NCBI GenBank assembly: GCA_002353295.1
Contig: DEJG01000019.1
Location: 104,977-168,976 of the forward strand
From: Prevotella sp. UBA2754
Lineage (GTDB): Bacteria; Bacteroidota; Bacteroidia; Bacteroidales; Bacteroidaceae
Length of the DNA: 64,000 bases
Reading direction: 5' to 3'
How positions within the stretch are numbered: the first letter of the stretch is position 1; each line of letters starts with the position of its first letter. Under the pieces are notes generated by a model. The model saw only the letters and a list, made by a program, of their open reading frames with translations, searched no databases and was not told the DNA's origin. Both the position numbers and the translations under genes were made by a program. This document shows, one piece after another, positions 1 to 9,669 of this stretch.

Positions 1-1019
1 ACCTGCGCAATCAGTTTCAGCAGTTCAGCTTTCCGGTGTCCGTCCACTATCTCGCCCACATAGCGACCTGTCAGTTTGCCGTCCTCGCCAATCTCCAGTT
101 CGTTGGCATAGACGTAGTCGATACCGTACTTACGCTGCAGGTATTCACCGAAATAGGTGAATCCACCCGATAGGATGGCAATCTTATAGCCGCAAGTCTT
201 CAGAATACTCATCAGTCGGTCCACACCCTCCGTAATGGGCAGGTGCTCGGCTATATCCTGCATCACACTGACATCCAGTCCCTTCAGCAGCGCCACTCTC
301 CGTGTAAAACTCTCCTTGAAGTCTATCTCGCCACGCATGGCGCTTTCCGTGATGGCACGTACCTCTGCGCCCACACCGTTGCGCTCAGCCAGTTCGTCGA
401 TACACTCCGTCTGGATGAGCGTAGAGTCCATATCGAAACAGATCAGGCGTCGCATTCTGCGGAACATATCGTCGCGCTGGAACGAAAAGTCGATACCCAT
501 TTCTGCTGACAGCTTCAGCAGTTTCGACTGCATGTCCTGTCTGTTGACGGGTTCGCCACGCAGTGAGAACTGGATGCAGGCGCGTGTGTGCTTGTCGAGC
601 TGTTTGATACTCTTACGCCCGGTAAGTCGCAGTATTGAGTCGATATTCAGTCCCTGGTCGGCAATGATACGGGTGGCAGCCGCTATCTGGCGCGCTTCCA
701 ACTGCCGTCCCATCACCATCAGGATGTATCGGTTCTTGCCCTGGTGTCCTACCCAGTTTTCATACTCGTCGTCGCTGATAGGCGAGAAACCGATGTTCAC
801 CCCCAGTTCGGTGGCTTTGAAGAGCAGTTCCTTCATAGCCAGTCCCGATTTCATATCGTCGATACGAATCAAAATACCCAGCGACAGGGTAGAGTGGATG
901 TCTGCCTGGCCAATATCCAGAATCTGGGCATCATATTGGGCAAGAATCGCCATCACCGATGCTGTCAGTCCCGGACGGTCCTGTCCTGTAATACGTACTA
1001 ATATCTGTTCTTCTTTCAT
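1..1019 (-). CDS. serB: Phosphoserine phosphatase SerB with N-terminal ACT domains (3' end runs off the window)
   Basis: Manual translation from ATG at 1019: MKEEQILVRITGQDRPGLTA (ACT), RRLICFDMDSTLIQTECIDELA (HAD motif I), ILSGGF. Start overlaps the upstream stop (ATGA). Absent from the ORF track because it has no stop inside the window. Confidence 0.93.
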   Translation of the reverse strand, partial: MKEEQILVRITGQDRPGLTASVMAILAQYDAQILDIGQADIHSTLSLGILIRIDDMKSGLAMKELLFKATELGVNIGFSPISDDEYENWVGHQGKNRYILMVMGRQLEARQIAAATRIIADQGLNIDSILRLTGRKSIKQLDKHTRACIQFSLRGEPVNRQDMQSKLLKLSAEMGIDFSFQRDDMFRRMRRLICFDMDSTLIQTECIDELAERNGVGAEVRAITESAMRGEIDFKESFTRRVALLKGLDVSVMQDIAEHLPITEGVDRLMSILKTCGYKIAILSGGFTYFGEYLQRKYGIDYVYANELEIGEDGKLTGRYVGEIVDGHRKAELLKLIAQ

Positions 1020-3175
1020 TTCAAATAGTCTTCAAAGTATTGGGTGATACGTTCATGTAGATGAACGCTGGCGTGCCCTCGCATATTATGGAGTTCGCCA
1101 GGGTACACAAAGAAGTCGGGCTGTGTGCCAGCCTCGATACAGGCTTTCAGGAATGCCAGACAGTTCTGCAGCACTACGGTATCGTCGTTATAGCCCGAAA
1201 TAATCTGGAGTTTGCCTTTCAGGTTCTTAGCCTTCGACAGTAACGATGTCTTCTCGTAGCCTTCAGGGTTAGCCTGCGGGGTGTCCATATAGCGTTCGCC
1301 ATACATCACCTCATACAATCTCCAGTCAATGACGGGGCCGCCGGCTACTCCCACTTTAAACACATCGGGATAGTTGGTTATCAGCGAGATGGTCATGAAA
1401 CCGCCGAACGACCACCCGTGGACACCGATTCTGTCGGTGTCAATGTAGGGTAGGGTACGCAGATAGTCCACACCCTTCATCTGGTCTTGCATTTCTATTT
1501 GTCCCAGTTGGCGGAAGGTAGCCTGCTCGAAGTCACGTCCCCTGTTCTCCGAACCGCGATTGTCGAGTACAAAGATGATGTAGCCCTTTTGTGCCATGTA
1601 TGTTTCCCACGACCTGCTGTACCAATGCCACGATGCCTCTATGTTGTGGGCATGTGGTCCGCCATAGACATAGACGACGGTTGGATATTTCTTGGCAGGA
1701 TTGAAGTCGTGCGGCTTTACCATGCGGTAGTAAAGGTCGGTTACCCCATCAGCAGCTTTGATACTTCCACATTCGAAAATGGGTTGCTGGTAACCGTTCC
1801 ATGGGTCGCTGGCGGTTAAGAGGCGAGTTCTGGCAACAGAATTGCCAGACGCTGTGGAGAGTAGGTCAATACAGCGAGGGGTGGTGGGGTTGCTCCAGTT
1901 ATCGACGAGGTAAGCACCCGTCTCCGAGAGCGAACCACTATGCACACCGTCCGTATTCACCAGTTCCTGCATCTTGCCGTCTTTGACGCTGACTGCATAT
2001 AGCCAGCGGTGTAAGGGGTGATATTTGTTGGCGGCTATGATGATGCTCTTTTGTTTCGTGTTGAAACCCAGTACTTCCTGTACTACCCACGGACCGCTGG
2101 TCAACTGCTTGATTAGTTTCCCGTCCTTGCTGTAAAGATACAGGTGGTTATAGCCGTCGCGCTGACTCTGCAGAATGAATTTCTCCTTGTCCCATGGCAG
2201 GAACTGGATGGGGTGCAACGGTTCTACGTATTTGTCGTGAGTCTCTCGATCCAGTTCCGACAAGCGGTTACCCGTTGTTGCATCATAGCTTACCAATCGG
2301 CAGTCGTTCTGGTCGCGATTGAGCTCAAACATGTAGATGGTCTTGCTGTCAGGACCCCATGCGATGTTGGTGAGGTAGGGGACGGAGGTGGCGATGGAGT
2401 CGCCGCTTACGGAACCTTTTGGGGTGTCGAGATAGGTTATTTGGCCCGTGCTGAGGTCATATACGCCTACGGTCACGTGATGCGTGTTTTCGCCTGCCAT
2501 CGGGTATTTCTCGGGTTTGTAAGCAGCAATACGCGTGTCGATATCCACCTGCGGATAGTCTGTCACCTTACTTTGGTCCATGCGGTAGAAAGCCAGTTTC
2601 TGACCATCGGGGCTCCAGTAGGTACCGGCCGTAATACCAAATTCGTATCTGTGTACGGCTGAACCATACACCACACTGGGCGAGCCGTCGGTGGTCAGCT
2701 GGTGCTCCTTGTTATCGGCATCCCTCACGTACAGCTGGTTGTCTTTCACGTAGGCTACAGCCCTCGATGCCTTGTTCCAGTCGCTTGCTGTCTCGCCTTC
2801 GCAAGTCTGTGTCCATACCGTTTTCTTGGTTTCCCAGTTGTATAGAATGCGTTGCTGACTGTTCTTTAGCAGTACCATTGGTTGGTCAGCATACGGATAT
2901 TCAGCATAATAGGCTGTGTGCCATCCTTTGCCGATGTCTTTCAGTTGGAACATACGTTTTCTGTTTCCTTGAGCGTCCATCGTTCCACCCTGGTCGGCAT
3001 CCAGATACATCAGCTGGTCGCCCCACCACGTGAACCATTGGTTCTCGGGTTGGAAGTGGCGGGCATTCGTCCCTCCGTAATTCAGGTCTTCCAGTGTAAA
3101 GAGCTTTTCCTGTGCCATCATTGGGAGAAAAAGAATCAAAAGGACAGAAACAAGGAAGGGTTTAATCTTCGTCAT
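1016..3175 (-). CDS. S9 family dipeptidyl-peptidase IV-like peptidase (DPPIV_N propeller plus alpha/beta hydrolase)
   Basis: GWSFGG nucleophile, DDTV acid, GELH base. Start reassigned to MTKIKPFLVSVLLILFLPMMAQ (signal peptide) at 3175, preceded by AAGGAG. Confidence 0.92.
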   Translation of the reverse strand: MTKIKPFLVSVLLILFLPMMAQEKLFTLEDLNYGGTNARHFQPENQWFTWWGDQLMYLDADQGGTMDAQGNRKRMFQLKDIGKGWHTAYYAEYPYADQPMVLLKNSQQRILYNWETKKTVWTQTCEGETASDWNKASRAVAYVKDNQLYVRDADNKEHQLTTDGSPSVVYGSAVHRYEFGITAGTYWSPDGQKLAFYRMDQSKVTDYPQVDIDTRIAAYKPEKYPMAGENTHHVTVGVYDLSTGQITYLDTPKGSVSGDSIATSVPYLTNIAWGPDSKTIYMFELNRDQNDCRLVSYDATTGNRLSELDRETHDKYVEPLHPIQFLPWDKEKFILQSQRDGYNHLYLYSKDGKLIKQLTSGPWVVQEVLGFNTKQKSIIIAANKYHPLHRWLYAVSVKDGKMQELVNTDGVHSGSLSETGAYLVDNWSNPTTPRCIDLLSTASGNSVARTRLLTASDPWNGYQQPIFECGSIKAADGVTDLYYRMVKPHDFNPAKKYPTVVYVYGGPHAHNIEASWHWYSRSWETYMAQKGYIIFVLDNRGSENRGRDFEQATFRQLGQIEMQDQMKGVDYLRTLPYIDTDRIGVHGWSFGGFMTISLITNYPDVFKVGVAGGPVIDWRLYEVMYGERYMDTPQANPEGYEKTSLLSKAKNLKGKLQIISGYNDDTVVLQNCLAFLKACIEAGTQPDFFVYPGELHNMRGHASVHLHERITQYFEDYLK

Positions 3176-4595
3176 TGTCGAATCTCCTTTTCTTGAATGG
3201 TTTCTTGAAATCCCTCGGTTTTCTGGAATCCCTGGAATCTCTGGATTCTCTGGGCTCTCTGGTGTCCCTGGGTTTTCTGGGCTCTTTGTTCTTTTTCTCC
3301 AGCGAGCGGAATTTGAAGTTGCGGATGTCAGCTCCCTCGTTTTCTTCCTGTTCCTCGAGTCGCTTCTTAAACTCACGATTCTGTTTGAAACGGCGTTTTT
3401 CTGCCATCTGGCGCTTCTCCTCTTCGGTTTTCACCGTTCCCCCATCTTCGCGGAAGACACGCATTTTACCATCAAACATTTGGTATTTGCGGAATTCACA
3501 CTCTAGGCTTCCGTTAAACAATGGAATCTTGATAGAAGGCTTCAGGCCAATCTGCTCGAAACACTCTTCGCGGTAGCTCAGTATCCATGCGTCGTTACCC
3601 GTAAACTGGTGCTTCAGCCGTTCACCGATCATCTTATAAGTGCCTAGCAGGTCAGGTGTTGAGATGCGTTCTCCATAAGGAGGATTTGTTACCATCAGTG
3701 CCTTCTCCTTCGGTTGTGTGAATGTCTTGAAGTCGCGCTCCTCCACAGTGATGTCGTTGGTCAGTCCAGCCGCACGTACATTGAGACGAGCCGTGTTTAC
3801 TGCTTTCACATCGATGTCGTATCCATAGATATGATGTTGGAAATCCCGTTCTTTCGAGTCGTCATTGTAAATTGCGTCAAACAGTTCGCTATCAAAATCT
3901 TTCCATTTCTCAAAGGCAAACTCCTTACGGAACAGTCCGGGTGCCATATTGCGGGCTATCAGAGCTGCCTCTATGAGTAGCGTTCCACTGCCACACATCG
4001 GATCGATGAAATCGGTTTCACCATTCCATCCCGTCATCAGAATCATGCCTGCTGCCAGCACCTCGTTGAGCGGAGCCTCTACCGATTCCTGTCTGTAGCC
4101 GCGTCTGTGCAGCGATTCACCGCTGGAGTCCAGTGAGAGCGTGCATTTATCCTCTGCGATATGGATGTTCAGACGGATGTCGGGATTCGTTACTGAGATG
4201 TTAGGGCGTTTGCCCGTTTTCTCTCTGAACTGGTCGACGATGGCATCCTTCACCTTGTAGGCCACAAATTTGGAATGGCGGAATTCTTCAGAGAATACTA
4301 CCGAGTCGACGGCAAAGGTGGTCTCGAGGTCCAGGTACTGAGTCCAGTCAATACCTTTTACTCCCTCATAGACGTCATCAGCCGAGAGTGCCTTGAAGTG
4401 CTTGATGGGTTTTAAAATACGAATGGCTGTATGCAACTGGAAGTTAGCACGGTACATCATTTCCTTATCACCGGTGAAGGAAACCATGCGGCGTCCTATT
4501 TCAATATTCTTAGCGCCCAATTGCGTCAATTCTTTCGCCAAGACAGGTTCTAGGCCCATGAAGGTCTTAGCGATGAGTTCATAATCTTGTGTCAT
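3162..4595 (-). CDS. THUMP-domain class I SAM-dependent rRNA methyltransferase (RlmL-like) with basic low-complexity tail
   Basis: LSLDSSGESLHRRGYR, APLNEVLAA, DPMCGSGT and NPPYG motifs. Confidence 0.9.
   Translation of the reverse strand: MTQDYELIAKTFMGLEPVLAKELTQLGAKNIEIGRRMVSFTGDKEMMYRANFQLHTAIRILKPIKHFKALSADDVYEGVKGIDWTQYLDLETTFAVDSVVFSEEFRHSKFVAYKVKDAIVDQFREKTGKRPNISVTNPDIRLNIHIAEDKCTLSLDSSGESLHRRGYRQESVEAPLNEVLAAGMILMTGWNGETDFIDPMCGSGTLLIEAALIARNMAPGLFRKEFAFEKWKDFDSELFDAIYNDDSKERDFQHHIYGYDIDVKAVNTARLNVRAAGLTNDITVEERDFKTFTQPKEKALMVTNPPYGERISTPDLLGTYKMIGERLKHQFTGNDAWILSYREECFEQIGLKPSIKIPLFNGSLECEFRKYQMFDGKMRVFREDGGTVKTEEEKRQMAEKRRFKQNREFKKRLEEQEENEGADIRNFKFRSLEKKNKEPRKPRDTREPRESRDSRDSRKPRDFKKPFKKRRFDNDED
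3209..3280. repeat. Eight degenerate 9-bp tandem units inside the methyltransferase 3' end
   Basis: AATCCCTCG GTTTTCTGG AATCCCTGG AATCTCTGG ATTCTCTGG GCTCTCTGG TGTCCCTGG GTTTTCTGG, encoding x-x-R tripeptides (PRKPRDTREPRESRDSRDSRKPRD). Confidence 0.9.
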
Positions 4596-4618
4596 GATGT
4601 ATTTCTATAAATATGGTG

Positions 4619-4708
4619 CAAAGATACGATTAAGTGAGCAAAAAACCAAATAAAGAATCAAATAAATCGGTTTTTTTTTCATTATTCTGAATCTTTTGTG
4701 TAATTTTG
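4619..4708. promoter_or_regulatory. Divergent Bacteroidetes primary-sigma -7 boxes
   Basis: TATCTTTG on minus strand (4619-4626) and TAATTTTG on plus strand (4701-4708), each pointing at a downstream CDS. Confidence 0.7.
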
Positions 4709-4728
4709 CCACCAAACAGACAAGCAAA

Positions 4729-5985
4729 ATGATTTCATGGTCAAAATTACTCTTGGCTGATGTCAGTTTCTTGGAGAGAATTGATGTTTTGATATGGGTG
4801 GTGGCAATACCGGTTATTATTGCCTTTGTCATCATGCTATATCTTCAGGTGAAGCAGTTCTTTCAACTGAAGGACGAACTCGGCAAGTTGAAGCAGATCA
4901 AGCGTCATAACATTGAATATGATTTGGTGCTGAAGGCCATGCGTTTGGCTATCTGGCGCATAGATGTCAAGGAAGGTGTCCTGAATTACGAAAGTGATTT
5001 TCGTAAAACCGACTCTTTCAGCACGTCAAAAGGATATGCTGTAAACGATTCGTACGAATTGATTCATCCAGACAACAGGGAGACTGTCAGGAAAGCCTTA
5101 ACGGGATTGATGGAGGGCCAATATGAGGATTATCACCAGCAGTATCAAGCCCAGGCATCACCCGATTCACCATTCTATTGGGAAGAGACCTTTGCCACCG
5201 TCGAAAAGCGTGATGTCGACGGTAAGCCCCTTACCATCGTAGGTACAAGTAGTCGTATTGACGAACGGAAGGAGATAGAACAGGCACTTATCGAAGCTCG
5301 TAACCATGCAGAAGAGAGCGACCGCTTGAAGACGGCCTTCTTGCAGAATATTACGCATGAAGTACGCACTCCGCTGAATGCCATTGTCGGTTTCAGTGAC
5401 ATCCTGCCTATGGCTCAGAGCGAAGAAGAGCGCAATGAACTCATCAGACTTATCAAGCAGAATAATTCCCATCTGCTCCGTCTCTTTGATGATATGATGA
5501 ATATGTCGAAGTTGGAAGCTGGTACAGCAGGCAACATTGTCAAGGTTGATTTCAAAATAGCCCCTTTGTTGCGCGAACTGGTTGATAAATACGTTACGCT
5601 CTGCATGGAAAAGGGGCTTGAAGTCTTTGTTGATAAGTCGGTCGCCGATGATGTCCTTTACACCGACCGTGACCGTCTTCGCGAGATATTGAACCAGTAT
5701 ATGAATAATGCGGTCAAATTTACTGCAACAGGCAGTATTAGTATCGGCTATGATAAAGGTCCTACAGCCATTCGCGTCTGGGTGAAAGACACAGGTAAGG
5801 GCATCCCTTACGATAAGTGTAATGAACACCTGTTTGAACGTTTTGTGAAAGTCGACGACTATGTGGCTGGTACGGGTTTGGGATTGAGTATTTGCAGGAG
5901 TCTGGCTGATTCGCTTGGTGGGAAGGTCGGGGTAGATTCCATTTTCGGAAAAGGTTCCACGTTTTGGGTAGAGATTCCGCTTTGA
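4729..5985 (+). CDS. Sensor histidine kinase (TM, PAS-like, HisKA, HATPase_c)
   Basis: FLQNITHEVRTPLN H-box, NNAVKF, DTGKGI, GTGLGL. Start placed at ATG 4729, downstream of the -7 box. Confidence 0.9.
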   Translation: MISWSKLLLADVSFLERIDVLIWVVAIPVIIAFVIMLYLQVKQFFQLKDELGKLKQIKRHNIEYDLVLKAMRLAIWRIDVKEGVLNYESDFRKTDSFSTSKGYAVNDSYELIHPDNRETVRKALTGLMEGQYEDYHQQYQAQASPDSPFYWEETFATVEKRDVDGKPLTIVGTSSRIDERKEIEQALIEARNHAEESDRLKTAFLQNITHEVRTPLNAIVGFSDILPMAQSEEERNELIRLIKQNNSHLLRLFDDMMNMSKLEAGTAGNIVKVDFKIAPLLRELVDKYVTLCMEKGLEVFVDKSVADDVLYTDRDRLREILNQYMNNAVKFTATGSISIGYDKGPTAIRVWVKDTGKGIPYDKCNEHLFERFVKVDDYVAGTGLGLSICRSLADSLGGKVGVDSIFGKGSTFWVEIPL

Positions 5986-5995
5986 GATAACGTCC

Positions 5996-8536
5996 ATGAA
6001 GAAATTACTGAGACTTTCCGCCCTTATGTTCTTTTGGATGATGTGTCTGTCTGTGCAGGCGCAATTGTTGTCAGGTGTGATTACCGACCGTGAAACAAAG
6101 ACGCCCGTCGCATCCGTGACAGTGTCGTACAAGGGACATGGTGTTGCCGTAGCATCCAGTCTCAATGGCCGTTATGTCATCCAAAAACGACCTGGGTGGG
6201 CACTTACCTTCAGTGCGGTGGGTTATGTGTCTCAGACGGTGTGGATTGACGACCGTACCGATCCTGTGGTCGATATCGCGTTGCAACCCGATGTCCGACA
6301 GTTGCGTAATGTGACGGTGCGTTCCAAACGCCAGCGGTACAGCCGAAAGAACAACCCTGCCGTTGAACTCATGCGCAAGGTCATTGAACATAAGCGTCTC
6401 ACGGATTTGTCTAACAAGGATTATTACCAGTTCACCAAGTATCAGAAACTCACGCTGGCAGGCAACGATATTACCCCTGAAAAGGTTCGGAACTCCATTT
6501 TCCGTAAGCATAAATGGATTCTCGACCAGATAGAGAACTGTCCGTATAACAACAAACTCATTCTGCCTATTTCGGTGGATGAAACGGTGACCCGCCGTCT
6601 CTACCGCCGCCATCCGCACGATGAGAAGAACATCATCATGGGACAGAACTCCACTGGTGTGGGCGACTTGTTCCAGACGGGCGACATCATGAGCATCATG
6701 ATGAGGGATGTTTTTACTGATGTGAATATCTACGATGACCAAGTGCGTCTGCTGCGACGCCCTTTCACCTCACCGATAGGTCGAGGGGCTATCGGCTTCT
6801 ATCGTTTTTATATTGAAGACACCCTGCAGATTGAACGTGACAGTTGCATCCACTTGCATTTTGTGCCTAACAACATGCAGGACTTCGGTTTCCGTGGTGA
6901 TATCTACATTCTGAAAGACTCCAGTTATCAGGTGAAACGATGCGACTTGTCTATTCCCCGGCAGAGTGATGTCAACTTCGTCGAGAATCTGCGGGTAGTG
7001 CAGGAGTTTTCGCAGTTGCCAACGGGCGAGTGGGTGTTGACGGTCGATGATATGGTGGTTGAGATTTCCATCGTGAGTTTTCTGCAGAAAGCCATAGTGG
7101 TGCGTAACACCCGTCTGGGCGACTATTCCTTCGAACCCTTGGAGGCCTCCTTGTTCAAAGGTAAACGTGATGTCCGCGACCCACAAGCTCTGGAACATAG
7201 TGATCTCTTCTGGAATCAGTATCGCCAGGTGCAACTGACCAAGAGTGAAGAACAGATGAAGGATTTCGTCAAGTCGTTCGAGAAAATGAAGGGCTTTAAA
7301 TATGTCATGTTTGGACTGAAAGCACTGATTGAGAACTATGTCGAAACGGGTAATCCGTCGAAAGTAGATATCGGACCTATCAACAGCATGATTTCTGCCA
7401 ACTATATCGACGGTCTGCGCACGCGAATCTCCGCGCAGACCACCGCCAACCTACATCCTCAGTTATTTTTGAAGGGCTATGTGGCACGAGGCTGGAAATC
7501 GCATAAGAATTACTATCAGGGCGAACTCACCTATTCTTTTAATGCCAAGGAATACACCCCCCGTGAGTTCCCCCAGCGCACCGTCAGTTTCTCTTCGACC
7601 TACGATGTGATGGCACCCTCCGATAAATTCCTCTCCACGGATAAGGATAATGTTTTCACAGCCCTCAAATGGAGCAAGGTCGATGCCATGATGTTCTACA
7701 ACCGTCAGCAGCTGACCGCCGTGCGCGAGGAAGAGACGGGACTGAAAACCACCGTCAGTCTGAAGACCGAAGAAAACGAGCCTTGTGGCAATCTCCGTTT
7801 TAGTCCCCTCAACGCTCCCGAATCCAATGTCCGGCTTCGTACGACGGAATTGAAAGCCGAGGTGGAGTTCTGTCCTGGTGCGCTGTATATTAATACTAAA
7901 CAGCGTCGCCGGCAGGTGAATCGTGAAGCACCGGTCATCCGTCTGGGACATTCCATTGGTATGAAGGGCTTTCTGGGTGGTGATTACAACTATCATTACA
8001 GTGAGGCCAGCATCTCGCAGCGCGTCTGGTTGAACAGCTGGGGTAAGGTAGATATCTATGTCAAGGGAGGCGTGCAGTGGTCAAAGGTGCCTTTCCCCCT
8101 GTTGTGTATGCCCGAGGCTAATCTGTCGTATATCCTGCAGAAAAACATGTTCTCGCTCGTCAATAACATGGAGTTCCTCAACGATCGCTTCGTGTCAGCC
8201 ATCGTCACCTGGGACCTGAATGGCAAACTCTTCAATCGCATCCCCTTGCTGAAGCGCCTGAAGTGGCGTGAATATGTGGGCGTCAAGATGCTGTGGGGCG
8301 CACTCTCCGACAAGAACAATCCCTTCCTCGCGCAGAATGCCGGTGACGGTACGCTGATGGCTTTCCCCGAGCATTCGCATGTGATGAATCCACGTACGCC
8401 CTATGTCGAGGTGTCGGCAGGCATTCACAACATCTTTAAGATCCTGCATGTCGAATACGTGCGTCGCCTGAACTATAACGCTTATCCGTCAGCCCACAAG
8501 CGTGGCATTAGGTTCACCCTCCATTTCACCTTCTAA
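5996..8536 (+). CDS. Carboxypeptidase-regulatory-like domain plus DUF5686 outer-membrane protein
   Basis: Signal peptide, SGVITDRETKTPV..FSAVGY N-domain, YSRKNNPAVELMRKVI, C-terminal beta-barrel-type Phe. Confidence 0.8.
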   Translation: MKKLLRLSALMFFWMMCLSVQAQLLSGVITDRETKTPVASVTVSYKGHGVAVASSLNGRYVIQKRPGWALTFSAVGYVSQTVWIDDRTDPVVDIALQPDVRQLRNVTVRSKRQRYSRKNNPAVELMRKVIEHKRLTDLSNKDYYQFTKYQKLTLAGNDITPEKVRNSIFRKHKWILDQIENCPYNNKLILPISVDETVTRRLYRRHPHDEKNIIMGQNSTGVGDLFQTGDIMSIMMRDVFTDVNIYDDQVRLLRRPFTSPIGRGAIGFYRFYIEDTLQIERDSCIHLHFVPNNMQDFGFRGDIYILKDSSYQVKRCDLSIPRQSDVNFVENLRVVQEFSQLPTGEWVLTVDDMVVEISIVSFLQKAIVVRNTRLGDYSFEPLEASLFKGKRDVRDPQALEHSDLFWNQYRQVQLTKSEEQMKDFVKSFEKMKGFKYVMFGLKALIENYVETGNPSKVDIGPINSMISANYIDGLRTRISAQTTANLHPQLFLKGYVARGWKSHKNYYQGELTYSFNAKEYTPREFPQRTVSFSSTYDVMAPSDKFLSTDKDNVFTALKWSKVDAMMFYNRQQLTAVREEETGLKTTVSLKTEENEPCGNLRFSPLNAPESNVRLRTTELKAEVEFCPGALYINTKQRRRQVNREAPVIRLGHSIGMKGFLGGDYNYHYSEASISQRVWLNSWGKVDIYVKGGVQWSKVPFPLLCMPEANLSYILQKNMFSLVNNMEFLNDRFVSAIVTWDLNGKLFNRIPLLKRLKWREYVGVKMLWGALSDKNNPFLAQNAGDGTLMAFPEHSHVMNPRTPYVEVSAGIHNIFKILHVEYVRRLNYNAYPSAHKRGIRFTLHFTF

Positions 8537-8553
8537 ACTTTTTTGTATCCTTT

Positions 8554-8581
8554 GCAACTTTTCCTCACCTGCTTACGTCTA
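8554..8581 (+). promoter_or_regulatory. Candidate ECF-sigma promoter (GCAAC-N17-CGTCTA)
   Basis: GCAAC 8554-8558 and CGTCT 8576-8580, about 30 nt before the ATG at 8610. Confidence 0.55.
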
Positions 8582-8609
8582 ACAGGTAAATAGTTAAAAT
8601 TGAAGGTTT

Positions 8610-9350
8610 ATGAAAAAGTTAAGTTTGTTTTTAGCACCACTGTTTGTCGTAGGTTTCGCAGCAAGCGTCTATGCTTTTGCTGACAAAGACAAGGTGGAAG
8701 TGAATCGTCAGGTATCGGGTTTCGAACGCATCCGTCTGCAGGGCTCGCCCGACATCAAGTACACCCAGGGTAAGACTTGGTCAGTCCGTGTCAAGGCTCC
8801 CAAAAAGCTCATCGATCGTGTGGTGACGCGTAATGATGGCAACACACTGGTGGTGAGCATGAAGAGTGGCAGCTTCTTTAGAAGCTTGAATGGCGACGAT
8901 GTTACCGTCTATGTCACCTCCCCCGATCTCATTGGCGTAGAGGTACAGGGCTCGGGTGATTTCGAGAGCAAGAGTCGGGTGGATACCGATCATCTCGACC
9001 TTTCGGTACGAGGTTCGGGCGATATCAGTTTCCAGAACATCATCTGCGATCGCATCAAGACCTCCGTTGTCGGTTCTGGCGATATCGACATCAAGTATGT
9101 GGATGCCAAGCTGTCGGACATCGAACTCGTCGGTTCGGGCGATGTGAAAATCCGTCAGAGCAAGGTCAGCCAGACCAAGATAGAACTGAAAGGCTCCGGC
9201 GATGTCAAGGTGTACTGCGACAATTGTGGCACCATCGATTGCCGTCTCGTAGGTTCTGGCGATATCACCCTGTCGGGTTCCATCCGGAAGCTCAACCAGA
9301 CATCCCGCGGCTCTGGTGACATCCATACAGACCAGTTGAAGATCCGGTAA
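8610..9350 (+). CDS. Head GIN domain (DUF2807) beta-helical protein
   Basis: Signal peptide, then about eight GSGD-type repeats with roughly 19-aa periodicity. Confidence 0.88.
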   Translation: MKKLSLFLAPLFVVGFAASVYAFADKDKVEVNRQVSGFERIRLQGSPDIKYTQGKTWSVRVKAPKKLIDRVVTRNDGNTLVVSMKSGSFFRSLNGDDVTVYVTSPDLIGVEVQGSGDFESKSRVDTDHLDLSVRGSGDISFQNIICDRIKTSVVGSGDIDIKYVDAKLSDIELVGSGDVKIRQSKVSQTKIELKGSGDVKVYCDNCGTIDCRLVGSGDITLSGSIRKLNQTSRGSGDIHTDQLKIR

Positions 9351-9412
9351 ACAGGCCATTCCATTTCCTCTTTCCGATTGGCAGCATAAATATAGGGAAA
9401 CCTCATAGCCCT

Positions 9413-9459
9413 TCTCTCAAATCTCATATTTCAAAACTGAAAAACTGAGATTTGAGAGA
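9413..9459. repeat. Perfect 14-bp inverted repeat with 19-nt loop
   Basis: TCTCTCAAATCTCA (9413-9426) and TGAGATTTGAGAGA (9446-9459). Confidence 0.85.
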
Positions 9460-9607
9460 TGTCGCGTTTTTACTGATTCTGTTGACTTATTTCTCTGATA
9501 AAGTTGCCTGCTTTCCTGCTTTTGTTGTCTCTGTTCCCAGGTTAGTGGACTTTGAACTTTATGATTATTTTTTTTGAAACTTGAAAATTGATTTTTGTGA
9601 AAAAAGT

Positions 9608-9638
9608 TTTGTCATTTCAATATAAAAAACTACTTTTG
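9608..9638 (+). promoter_or_regulatory. Primary-sigma promoter of the S8 protease pair
   Basis: TTTG (9608-9611), 19-nt spacer, TACTTTTG (9631-9638). Confidence 0.75.
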
Positions 9639-9669
9639 CAGTCGATATCGAACACAAAAAGAAATATTG

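Noticed and set aside
235-1047. 270-aa plus-strand ORF
   Set aside because: Antisense shadow of serB, with no motifs.
3176-3376. 67-aa N-terminal extension of the S9 peptidase with SPENPGTPESPENPEIPG repeats
   Set aside because: It is an alternative frame of the methyltransferase's 9-bp repeat; the real start at 3175 has a signal peptide and an RBS.
5167-6165. 332-aa minus-strand ORF
   Set aside because: Antisense to the kinase and DUF5686 genes; no recognisable domain.
8900-9330. Regularly spaced GGxTCxGGxGAx repeats that superficially resemble a CRISPR array
   Set aside because: These are degenerate coding repeats (GSGD) of the GIN beta-helix; there are no identical repeats and no cas genes.
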